This document shows, one piece after another, positions 40,745 through 53,100 of a stretch of DNA of 64,000 nucleotides. Location: NCBI GenBank assembly GCA_964247055.1, contig OZ176057.1, forward strand, positions 620,001 to 684,000, read 5' to 3'. This DNA is from Paragordius varius. Its lineage: Eukaryota; Animalia; Nematomorpha. Position numbers and translations under genes: made by a program. The notes beneath the pieces were generated by a model. It saw only the letters and a program-made list of their open reading frames with translations, had not been told where the DNA came from and ran no database searches. Each line of letters begins with the position of its first letter. The first letter of the stretch is position 1.

Positions 40745-41078
40745 TTTTAAGGCAAATTATATGGTAAATAAAGTAAAGATAATGTAAGTAAAAGAATTAG
40801 TTTATAAGAGATAAAAATATATATTAAAAATGTTTTGTATTTTTTTTACGCATATAAATATTTTTTATGGTGCATGTTATAATGCAATTACTGGTTTTAA
40901 AATGAAGGATAATGTATTTCAAACCATTTGTATATTTATTGGGGTTGTTGACGGTAAAATTATGGATTTTGAATAAATATTATAACATAATATAACTCTA
41001 AAATTAAAAGTATTTTTTTTGCAATTATATCTGTATTCAATTAAAATCGAATAAAACATATGATTTGCCTAACTATTA
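40745..41078 (+). repeat. ~340-bp direct repeat, second copy at about 49040-49370
   Basis: Shared colinear blocks (ATATGGTAAATA..GATAATGTAAG..GAATTAGTTTATAAG..TTACGCATA..TTACTGGTTTTAAAATGAAGG..ATGATTTGCCTAAC), with many substitutions. Confidence 0.8.
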
Positions 41079-43143
41079 ATCATTTGTTTTAATCAGTTGT
41101 TTTAATTAATCAGCTGTTTAAATTAATCAGCTATTTTAATTAATCAGTGGTTTTGATTAAACATTTGTTTTAATTAATAAGAGTTGTTTTTATCAATCAG
41201 TTGTTATAAATAATTATTTGTTTTTTAATTAATCAGTTGTTTTATTTAATCAGTTGTTTTTTTTAATCATTTGTTTTAATAAATCATTTGTTTTAATAAA
41301 TCATTTGTTTTAATAATCAGTTGTAATTAATAATCAGCTGTAATTAATAATCAGTTGTAATTAATAATCAGTTGTAATTAATAATCAGTAATTAATAATC
41401 AGCTGTTTTAATTAATCAGCTGTTTTAATTAATCAGTGGTTTTAATTAATCAGTGGTTTTGGTTAATCAGTGGTTTTGGTTAATCAGTTGTTTTTTAATG
41501 AGTTGTTTCAATAATCACTGCTTTAATTAATCAGCTGCTTTAATTAATCAGTTGTTTTTATTAATCAGTATTAATCAGTTGTTTTAATTAATCAGTATTA
41601 ATCAGTTGTTTTAATTAATCAGTTGTTTTTATTAATAGGTTGTTTTAATTAATCAGTTGTTTTAATTAATCAGTTGCAATTAATAATCAGTTGTTTTAAT
41701 TAATCAGTTGTTTTAATTAATCAGTTGTTTTAATTAATCAGTTGTTTTTATAAATCAGTTAGTTAATTAATCAGTTGGTTTAAAACTCAGTTGAAATTAA
41801 TCAGTTGTTTTTATTAGTCAGTTGTTTTAATTAATCATTTGTTTTTATTAATCAGTTGCAATTAATCAGTTGTTTTAATAATAATTTGTTTTTATTAATC
41901 AATTGTTTTTATTAATCAATTGTTTTTATTAATCAGTTGTTTTTATTAATCAGTTGTTTTAATTAATCAGTTGTTTTAATTAATCATTTGTTTTAATTAA
42001 TCATTTGTTTTTGATAATCATTTGTTTTAATTAATAGGTTGTTTTTATTAATAGGTTGTTTTTATTAATAGGTTGTTTTAATTAATCAGTTGTTTTAATT
42101 AATCAGTTGTTTTAATTAATCAGTTGTTTTAATTAATCAGTTGTTTTTATTAATCAGTTGTTTTTATTAATCAGTTGTTTTTATTAATCATTTGTTTTTA
42201 TTAATCAGTTGTTTTTATTAATCATTTGTTTTTATTAATCATTTGTTTTTATTAATCATTTGTTTTAATTAATCATTTGTTTTAATCAGTTGTTTTAATA
42301 ATCAGTTGTTTTAATAATCAGTTGTTTTAATAATCAGTTGTTTTAATAATCAGTTGTTTTCAGTTGTTTTAATAATCAGTTGTTTTAATAATCAGTTGTT
42401 TTAATAATCAGTTGTAATTAATATTGTTTTAATTAATAAGTTGTTTTAATTAATCAGGTTTTAGGTAAACAGTTGTTTTAATTAAACAGTTGTTTTAATT
42501 TAACAGTTGTTTTAATTTAACAGTTGTTTCAATTTAACAGTTGTTTCAATTTAACAGTTGTTTCAATTAAACAGTTGTTTTAATTAAACAGTTTTTAATT
42601 AATCATTTGTTTTAATCAGTTGTTTTAATTAATCAGCTGTTTAAATTAATCAGCTATTTTAATTAATCAGTGGTTTTGATTAAACATTTGTTTTAATTAA
42701 TAAGAGTTGTTTTTATCAATCAGTTGTTATAAATAATTATTTGTTTTTTAATTAATCAGTTGTTTTATTTAATCAGTTGTTTTTTTTAATCATTTGTTTT
42801 AATAAATCATTTGTTTTAATAAATCATTTGTTTTAATAATCAGTTGTAATTAATAATCAGTTGTAATTAATAATCAGTTGTAATTAATAATCAGTTGTAA
42901 TTAATAATCAGTAATTAATAATCAGCTGTTTTAATTAATCAGCTGTTTTAATTAATCAGTGGTTTTAATTAATCAGTGGTTTTGGTTAATCAGTGGTTTT
43001 GGTTAATCAGTTGTTTTTTAATGAGTTGTTTCAATAATCACTGCTTTAATTAATCAGCTGCTTTAATTAATCAGTTGTTTTTATTAATCAGTATTAATCA
43101 ATTGTTTTAATTAATCAGTATTAATCAGTTGTTTTTATTAATC
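41079..43143. repeat. AT-rich minisatellite, ~17-bp unit ATCAGTTGTTTTAATTA, ~2.1 kb
   Basis: Over 100 tandem variant units. A ~520-bp variant block at about 41080-41600 recurs at about 42601-43140. Confidence 0.95.
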
Positions 43144-43149
43144 AACTGT

Positions 43150-45760
43150 TTTTAAAAAGTATCTAACGAGTCTTTTTTAAAAATATTCTAAAACCGGTTA
43201 AACAATTTTAAAGCCGCTAAAACTTTCTAAAAATCGCGAAAACTCTCTAAGAAGCGCTAAAACCTACTAAAAATCTCTAAAAACTTCTAATATAAGGTGA
43301 ATTTTCTTTTGAGATCAAAAAATGCGCTAAAATTCTCTAAAAATTTCTAAAATATTATTAAAAGCGCTATGTAAAATTTCTTAAAATTGTCTAAAAACCG
43401 CTAAAGCTCTCTAAAAAGCTTCAAGATTGTTTAAAAAGCGTAAATATTCTTTTTAAATCAAATATGCGCTAAATTCATTAAAAACCGCTACAATTGTCTA
43501 AAAAACGTAAATTTTTTAAATCATAAAATGCTCTTTACTCTTTGAAAACGGCAAACCTTTTTAAAAACTGCAAAATTGTTTTTCGGCAAACATATGCCAC
43601 CTTTTTTATATAAATTATTTTATTTTAACCAATTAGCCATTTGCAAATAGCGTATTTATAATTTTAATCTCATTGTAACACACTGTTTTTTTGTTTAGAA
43701 TGTGATGTCTTACAGAAGTACGCAGGACTTTCTTGGCCTACTGCCCAACAAAACTCATGTAGAAAATATCGGGAATGTTTCGGAATTGGGTAATTATTAT
43801 ATTATATTTTGTTGATTAGTTTTGAATTATTTAGTTAATAATTGTTTTGTTTTATGCATCGTTTATAAATCACTTTTATAATAATCAGCTGTTTTTATGT
43901 AATTAATTTTATATCTGTTTATCACTTGTTTTATAAATAATTGGTTTTATCTTATCAGTTGTTTTCAATTGTTTTTAGTTTTAAAAATTTTGGCTAACTT
44001 GATATATTTAAAGATAGATATTTTTTTTAAAAAGAATAATAGAAATAATAACTGTTATTTAAATTCAAAATTATCTATTGTTTAAACAAAAAAATTTACT
44101 TTATTCTCGAAACTTAGTAATTTAGCATTCCATCAATACATTTTTCTTTATTTCAATATAGAATGTGTTGCTTGTATAATTTGCTCACTAAAACGCGGAA
44201 ACGAAGCCTAATGAAAAAGCTCAACTGAATATTTTGAATAAATTTGGTAATTATTAAAACAGATTTAATCACAATTACCAACAATTTTTTCTCAAAAAAT
44301 ATTTTTTTTATTTAAACTGATTAGTTGTTTTTAATGCTTTTTTGCCGAGAATATGATTAATCCATTTTTTTATAACTTTGCAATTGATTTAAAAACAAAT
44401 TTATTATGAAACAGCTGGCTTAATTAAAGTCTGATTTTATAAAATCTAAAACAGTAAAATTTTCTTAAAATATGCTAATTTTAAGAGTTGACTCTAAAAA
44501 TGGCCAATTTCTTTAAAAAAAACAAAAACTGCTAAAACTCTCTCTTAAAATATTTTAAAAAACTGCTCTAAAATACAAAAAACTGTAAAATATTTTAAAT
44601 AGTAAAATTTTCTAATTTTTTAAATCCAAACAGTAAAATTTTCTTTTTTTAAAACAGTTTAAAAATGCTTTTTTTTAAAAAAAGCGCTTTAATTATCTAA
44701 ATGCTAATTTTTTTAAAAAAAATTGCTAAAATCATACAAAAAACCGCTATTTTATAAAATATGAGAAGATTTTCACTACAAAATTCTCTGAAAAACTGCA
44801 AAAATTTTCTTAAAAGCTACTGATTTAAAACAGTAAATTTTTTTAAAAGAATACAAAATTTTCTAAAAAACAGCTAAAATATTATAAAAACCGCTAAAAC
44901 TTTTTAATAACAGCTTAAACTATTGGTATTTTTTCATATTATATTTAAAAATCGCCAAAACAATAATTTTTATTCAAAAACCGCTGTTTATTAAAAACAT
45001 TGATTTTATATAAAAACCAATAAATTTTATAAAAAACCGCTAAATATAAAAGTTTATTATTAAAAATAGTTATTTATATAAAAAAACAGTTAATTTTTTT
45101 TTATTAAAAACACCGCTAAATTAAAATTTATTTTTATACCAAATTTTTATTAAAAAAACTTGTAATAGGACATTATCTTTAAACCATCAAATCTTTTTAC
45201 GTTAATCCTTGTAAAAAAACTACAAAATTTATTTAAAAAACCACAAATTTTTTAAACCTGCATTTTTAATAAAAGCATAAATCCTGTTAAAAATTACAAA
45301 CATTTTTAAAAACCACAATCTTTTTATAATCCGCTAAATTTTCTAACAACCCATTAAATATTATAAAACCGCCGTTATATATTAAAAAACAGCCAAATTT
45401 TTCTTAAAAACCTCTATTTTTTTTTAAAAAAGAATCACTATTTTATTATTAAAAAACCACTAAAATCCTTTCTAAAAGCCGTTAAGTTTCAAGGTTTATT
45501 TAAATAGCAAATTTTTATATATAACACAGTTAGCTCTTTATTAAATAATCGGTACTATACCAAAAAATTCCACTTGAAAAACTACTAACCTTTATTAGGA
45601 ATCTCCAAGGTTTTTTAAAAAACACAAAATTATTTTTTAATATCAGCAATTCTTGTAAAACCGGAATTTTTTATTAAAAAACCCCAAAAGTTTAGTTAAA
45701 ATTGGCTAAATTTTTTTTTAATTTACTGCTAATTTAAAAAATTTACTGATTTTTTTATTA
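43150..45760. repeat. Degenerate A-rich tandem/low-complexity DNA (AAAAACCGCTAAAATTTTCT-like)
   Basis: AAACCGCTAAA / AAAAGCGCTAAA motifs recur at irregular short spacing in two stretches (43150-43570 and 44440-45760). Confidence 0.7.
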
Positions 45761-46475
45761 AAATACCGTTTATGATTATATTCAGATGTTAGTATCATTT
45801 ATTATTATCACTCTTATATATTTTTCTTCATTTTATTAATTTATAAGCTGTTGTGTCCGACACAGAAATCGACGAAAAGTTTAACTTAGAATGAAAATCG
45901 TGTTTACATATATATTTACCCAATGTTAACTATTTTGAAAATAATTTAGGGTTTCTAGAAGCAGAAAGTTAAAACCGCATTTCAAAATATTTTTTTTAAA
46001 TATCTTTATTGTAGAATTGATTAATATTTAACATGTTTTATATATATGTTTCATTTAATATGTTTTCTATATCATTAAATTTAGTATTTATCTGTTTTTT
46101 CTATTTTATTGCTAGGAAACTGATCAAACAGCAAGTAGTCCGTCTAACCATTAAAGCAAAATATTCAAGTATTTATTTTTTTTCGTTATCTTGCAATCAT
46201 ATTTTTTGTTAAATATTTTAATAAGCTATCTAAAGATGGTACAAAAAACTATTTTGACGTGTGACTAGTTTATAATTTGTATGTAGCATACGCCTCCAGG
46301 AAAATATCTTTAGATCAGAATATTTTTAGATTTATAAACAGGATTTATTCTATTATATTATTTCTAATTTTAAAAACTTTAACAAATATAAGATATATCG
46401 TTAGATTACTTTTGATTGGTGTAAATGTAAAAAATGCGATATAGGTTTAAAGCACTTTAAGGGTTTCGAGTTTGT

Positions 46476-46561
46476 GGGCTAGGGTTAGGGTGAGGGATTG
46501 GAGTTGGTTCATTTTCTTAAAGAAGTCCGCAGGACTTCCTCGGGCTGCGAAGCAGGCCGAG
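46476..46561 (+). other. G-quadruplex-type motif followed by two abutting DNA hairpins
   Basis: GGGCTAGGGTTAGGGTGAGGG (46476-46496); GAAGTCC-GCA-GGACTTC (46522-46538); CTCGG(G)CTGC-GAA-GCAG(G)CCGAG (46539-46561). Confidence 0.55.
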
Positions 46562-47579
46562 ACCTACACATTTCTTTTTAAGTTAATTCTTTGTCTCTGA
46601 AATTTTTAGCTTTTGATTTATTTTAAGGAAGGATATTCTTATTTTTCCTGTTTCTGTTTTTTGTTTAATTTGAATTCTATTTGACCGCAAACTTTTCAAT
46701 GCACAGATCATATGTTATTTTTATTGCCGTCTCTGGTTGATAGAATATTAAAGTGCGAGTTTATGGGCTGGGCTTATATAAATCAAAGCAATTTTTTATT
46801 TTTAATAGTTTTGTACTAATTTTGCAATATAAAGAAAATTTTTGGTTTAATTATGGAAGTAAACTGTTATTTGTAAAGTAACCGCAAAAAATTATATTTA
46901 AAGTAGAAAAGCTTAACGGAAAAATGACTCAACTCTGAATTTTATTTGATTACAAACTTTTCAATGTTATTTTTGCAGTGTTTGATCATATATAGGCTTT
47001 CGAGTTGGCGCTAGACTTAGAAAAATAAGTTTTGTATCTTTATTCTTTGGGTTTTAATTACGGAAATAGAAATGTTAATAACTGCTATGTGAAGTAACCG
47101 CAAAATTTAAGGTAGCGAATTTTTTCTGAATTAGGACGGATATTTTCAAGACAAATTATCTAATTTTATACGCTGTTTGATTAACATTTTGTTCGTATCT
47201 ACTTTTAAAATATTTCAAAGCGCAAAACTTCAAATCTAATAATATTTTTTATCATTTTTTATACATTAGAACAGTACAAAGTGACTCAACTAGACAACAA
47301 ATAAAACTAATGAATTAACTACACAAGACACAAAACTTACACAAGAATGAATATGAAATCACAATGAATGAAGAATGATTTATATAATAAGATTCAATAA
47401 ATGATGATAATGTTTGATATATTGTTTTTTTAAAAAAATTAAAAAATATCAATAAATATATATAATACCCCCCCCCCCCCCAAAGGGCGAGAAAAAAAAT
47501 TAAAAAATATTCTAAGTCCAAAATTTTATTTTGAGCGTCCGGGAGTAAGAGTGCTCAAAATCAAATTTTAGACTTAGGG

Positions 47580-47707
47580 GCCTGACTCACTCTCTAATGG
47601 GATAAATAAATCCTCCTTTACACACGAGTGAGGAAAACAACTAAGGGCTGATTTCCCCCACTAGTGTGAAGGAAGATTTATTCCTCCCATTAGAGAGTGA
47701 GTTAGGC
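47580..47707. mobile_element. Small inverted-repeat element (MITE-like)
   Basis: ~44-bp arms GCCTGACTCACTCTCTAATGGGATAAATAAATCC.. / ..GATTTATTCCTCCCATTAGAGAGTGAGTTAGGC. Confidence 0.65.
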
Positions 47708-47719
47708 ACAAAAACTCTC

Positions 47720-48320
47720 CACAAGTATAATGAGAGTTTGTTGTGCCTTCAAGCCGAAGAGTGTTCCCATCAATCAGCTCAAGGCGTGCGACTTGTTAGG
47801 TTCCGTGGAGGTCCCCGTTGCTCCGTTTCAACCGATCCCATTTCCCCAAAGAGTCAAAGTCAATCCACACCTAAAGATTAGATTTACCTCCTAATCCGTA
47901 GGCTCCTTTTCCCCTATGGTTCTTGTTCATGTGTCCTCCCATATTCGGCCAATCCCAAATTCCGGGGATTCGATCTCACCAGGGCTTCTGGAATCCGTGT
48001 TGAACGCCTTTCCCCATAGAGTTTATCCCAATACACCTAAATAATATATTTACCTTGTAATCAGCAGGCTCTTTTCGGTTCGATCCTTCATTTACTCACG
48101 AATCCATGTAGTCTTGAATCACGTGCCCAGGTGCCATTGGAGAAGAAGGCCTAAAGCCTTCAAATTGGCTCTTTCAACTAGCTTTCCCATATAATATTTT
48201 TTCTGATTGCAATCATAGGCGCTTAGATTTCCCAATACATCCATATATATACTCTGGTTTTCCAAATTGCAAATTACATAAACTAACAATTTTATGGACA
48301 CCTAAGCTTGTCCTTACATT
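47720..48320 (-). pseudogene. Degenerate collagen-like (Gly-X-Y) sequence with apparent 16-17-nt introns
   Basis: GC/purine-rich island. Minus-strand traces (G>*)LQ|GVLG, GERxSTxIPxAPGEIxSP, GEKGAYGLG|GVD, GEMGSV and QRGPP. Putative introns at 48037-48053 and 47871-47887 both split a Gly codon (G|GT). Stops and frameshifts are present. Confidence 0.5.
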
Positions 48321-50187
48321 TTCTTTTTAACTTATTTTGATTTTCTTTCTTAGCTCAATTCTTTATTATATGCTCTCTTTATCTATTAAATCAGCGGAAA
48401 TGGTTGGAATATGCTAATTATTTTATATAGGGTGCTATATAATTAATGTATTGCTTGCATAAATATGATATATTAAATTTTGCACATGGAATGCACAATT
48501 TCATTCAATTCATCTGATTATCACTACGATTATACCGATAAAGTTATCCCACGGAAATTTTAGCCCTCTTAATAATGAGAAAATATTTGGAAATTCTTTT
48601 ATCATAATAAATGGATATCATGTCATTTTATATATGACTTCAAAATTCTAAAATATTCCCAAGATGTGGGATATATAATTTGCCAGAAACACCAATTACG
48701 CTAACTCACAAGATTTTACTTGCAGAGTATATTAAATTATTAATTTAATTTAGATTGACGTGTGCATAGATGCTGGAAGACAATCGATCTATCAAGGGAG
48801 ATATTAAAAGTACTACTCTTGTATTAACCTCAGTGTTTCTATCCCAAATGATTTGTTATGGATCATCAGATGGTGTATTCCTATCACTCGGATGCTTCTT
48901 GAATGTTGATAATCTTTAATTTAAAATTTTCCAAACTGTTGTTTATAGAATAAATTTTTAAATTTTATTTTAGCTATTATTTGTAATATATTTTACGTTA
49001 AAAACGATTTCACTTATATGTTAAAATGAATAAACACTTTTTTAAGCCAAAATATATGGTAAATATTGTCAAGATAATGTAAGCAAGAGAATTAGTTTAT
49101 AAGATATTAAAAATATATATTAAAAACTGTTTTGTATGTTTTTTACGCATACAAATATTTTTTATAGTGCTTACTGGTTTTAAAATGAAGGTTAAATGTA
49201 TTTTGAACTATCATTTAAATATTTATTGGGATTGTTGGAAGTAAAATAAGGAATATTGAATAAATATAACATAATATAACTTCAAAATCAAAACCATTTT
49301 TATTTTGTAAAAATTTCTGTGTTGATATTTCAAGTAAAATCGAACAAAACATTTGATTTGTCTAACTCCGAAGCTTCATTACACTAATTTTCCAAGTTTT
49401 TTTTATTAAAAATGATAAACCTGCTAGGATGGGTAAACAATTACAAAAAGTAAATGTAAATAATTATAAACCTAATAATTTATAAAAACTTTTGTAATAA
49501 TTGAAAACAATATTTATTGTGTTTCTCAGGGATGACGGGTTTTTTTTGATTTAATTAAATATTAAGTAAGATAGAATGGAAAACGTAATTTTCGTTAATT
49601 TTTTATATATTAAAATCCGATTTTTGCATTTTAGATGATTTACTTTATGAATGACGAAGTTCATTGCAACCTAAGTTTAATTGTTTAAAATATAATCTGT
49701 TATAAGTTATTTTGATGGCTTTTAAAATTTGAGACAGAAAACACAAAACAGCTGCCTATGTATTTTAATTATAGTCTTTTAGCCATAAAACAAAACGCTT
49801 AAAATTTTTATAACTTGTTTATATAAATACAAGAAAAATTAAAAGAAAATACCCTTTTTTGAGATAACCTCGTAGAAGTGGAGCTTTTGAAAAACTGCAA
49901 ATTATAGTATATACATAGAGACTAAAAATTTTATTCTTTTATTAGGCTTAAATAAGGTTTACTTAATAAGTTTATTATCCCACGTTACTTCAAGGGCTGT
50001 TAAATTGTTAGAGAATTTTTTTAAAAACAATAATATGGTATTATTTTTATAATTCCATTCGCTTTATATGCTGTTTCATGACCGCAGGTTGTTTTATTGT
50101 AAGGATACATAATTTGTAAAAATTAAAGAAATTTATTTTTCCCATGCCTAAACAATCGATAATATTATATAAATTATGTATATAGCA

Positions 50188-53100
50188 TCAACAGAATGGT
50201 TTATGTTGCCATTTATTGACCGGGACCCAAAGCTCATTATGGAAACCCAAAAATTGTCCTCTTTCTTTCTCGTAACTAAAAATGCACATATATACAGTAA
50301 AAATTAAAATTTTACGGACAAAATGTAAAAATATAAAGAAACGAATATTTTCATCTAAAAGATAACCATACTTTTTAAAACCTTAATTATTCCTACATAA
50401 ACTATTTAGTTACAATTGTAAGACATAGAATTGATAAGGCTAGTAATATATATCTATATTCCACACTTTGCCATTTTAAACAATGAGTCTTAAAAAAATA
50501 AAGAATTAAAAAGTATGGATGTCTTTTACAAAAAAATGTTTGTCTTAATATTTTTTTTACGTTTTGTCCGTATAATTCAATATTTACTATAATTATTGAT
50601 GGTTATTATAGGCATAAAAGACAAATATGAATATGTCGGCAAATTTCAATCCAACAAACAGTAAATATATGTATTTGAAAGCCTAAAGGGGTATTAATTT
50701 ATATGTCAGCAGCCATGTATGCGATTTTTTCGTTTTTAGTGTTACATTTTTGAAAATTATGGAGGAAAAATACAGTGCACAATTTAATATACTAATAGAA
50801 TAAAATATCTCATACATAGCAACAGGCATTTAAACCAAATATCCCTTTAACCATTTAAACCAAAGATTTAGCCTATAAAATTGCTCTTTACCGTATATAG
50901 GGCATGCAATTTTATTTTTTTATGATAAGCCAAAAATTAAAATAATGCGAAAAATAAAAATCGCAAGCAGCTGATATTAATTCACATATTGCAACTTTCT
51001 ATGTTAGCCATAATTTAAAATAAATAAAGGATAACAACATGGGGTTTAAAAAATTTTAAATATTAATTTAATTTTTTTTTAATTTTTTTAGGGATAAAAA
51101 AGGCAATATGAGATGATATTGTAAAAATATATGATTTGCTTACATGTTGTAAAGGCTAAATCGAAAACTGTTGGATAACTTTTGATTGTTCATTCTAAGA
51201 ATATTTAAGAATTCCTTGCCTTTGGCCACAAAAACTTCAGGTCCATATGGTCCGGAATACATTCTAACATAGATTTTGCGGGCTGGTACTTTGACAATTT
51301 TTAACTACACAATATAAATATAAACAAAATTAGTTTATAAAATTATACGTGTGGTGCAACCTATTTTGGTTAAACACATTTTTCTATTGCCCCCAAACTT
51401 ATTATTATACGCTTTTAATATATAATTAATTATAAAATGTAGAGTTTTAAATTGTATTTGCATATTTAAATACTTATCGTATTCCCAGAGGCTTAGCTGG
51501 GTAAAGGGGCTGATGGACCAGGCGCAATACTTGAAGTGTCGCCGAATTTTAAAAAGTAATTTTATTTCAAAAAAATAGGTATTTAAAAGTTATTAATATA
51601 GTAAAAAAACACCCATTTATGAGTGGAATTTAAGGGAATGCATGGAGGGGGCGCCAGAAATGCAAGCTACGCCTCTGCGCAGCCCATGCTAGTTCGAGTG
51701 ATTTTTTCACCAAATGTTACAAAAAAACGATTGCGATTACTTTAATATACTGTTAGCGTATACTTTTTAAATTTGTGAGAGGCAATTGTTTGACTTAAAA
51801 AAAATTATATATTGGTGGACACACGTTAATCTATATATTTATGGTTAATTTTTTTTCAAAATATCATTCTTGTGCTTTATATATAATACTTTGGTTTTTT
51901 TCAATAAAAATTATGAGAGATGGCTTTAGATACAGAAAAGGGTAATACTAGTGCCTTATAAATGTATTTTTTGGCATTTTCTTGCTTTGTAGCAAATTAT
52001 ATTACTCCTTACTAACGCTATCTGGCAAAAATATATAATAAAAAACTATCAATATATTTTTCTACACACTGTATTTACATAACAAAAAAACAATAATGAA
52101 ATGGAACAAATAAATATATTGATATATATAAACTCTTTTGTCAAGGGGTTCGGGAGGATGTTTTCCGTATTTTGGATTCAAAAAAACGTACATTGTAAGA
52201 CTTTGTCCGCCTTCAGAAACGACATTTTGCATAAAGTTATCATTGCCATCGGACTCAGAAGGGTGAGCCCATAATGGGACAGTAAGCTCCATAGTTTTAT
52301 CTAGATGTTTTTTTGAATAAACAGATACAATAAAAATTGAAATTATATAAAAACGTAAAAACGTTAAGACAAATGTTTTTTTTTCAAAATACAACCATAA
52401 ACTTGATTTTTAATAGTACTTATTTAATTTGCAAAGTTGGAAATAGAGATGCAAATTGGTTATAATTTTAATTTTCGCAATTAAAAGTTATATGGAAAAA
52501 TAAATTTGCCAATTGTATCCTTTAACAACAAAATTATGTGTTAGTTTTAACACTTCGATTCAAATTGGGGTATTTAAATACCCCAGATTAAATTTAAATT
52601 AATATTTTGAAAAAACTACTGAAGGAAACGGTCCCAATTTAAATTTATGTTTCTATCCTGATAAATATTTTATAAATATGCCAAAACATCTTGATAAAAT
52701 TTTGTTTTGAAAAAAAAGCTCCATCTCAAACTACTTCGACGCCATTTTTATTTTACAAAATTTTTGCAAAATATCGTCTTTATTTAATTTTAAGGGTTAA
52801 ACTAAAGCTAATTTTTTATATAAATTACATCTAACACTGATAGAAATAGAAAAAGCGGTTTAGTTTGTATAATTTTTCAATTTTACAATTTGACACATGT
52901 CACGTTGACGAAATTTTTACCTTTCGGTTTTAGCTTAAAATAAGGAATATCAAGTATTTTTGAATAAATTTTTTTATATATTTCGGTTTATTAATGTTAG
53001 ATAAGTGCAAAATTTTGCCATGGTTTCGATTCCTTCTATATTTTTTAAAGAATTTAATTTTAAACAAGCCTGGGGTATCCAACTACCCCAATTTGAATCG

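Noticed and set aside
46476-46496. Interstitial telomere array
   Set aside because: There is only one exact TTAGGG among three variant units, too short to call. Kept only as a G4 motif.
48640-48910. Possible Ig-like exon relic on the minus strand (NIQEASE..EYTI..TNHLG)
   Set aside because: Multiple stops, no conserved Cys, and the similarity could be chance.
52301-52394. Hydrophobic signal-like N-terminus of ORF 52062..52394
   Set aside because: It has no in-frame ATG and derives from the T-rich TIR of a MITE. The real exon is 52300-52134 of the SOUL gene.
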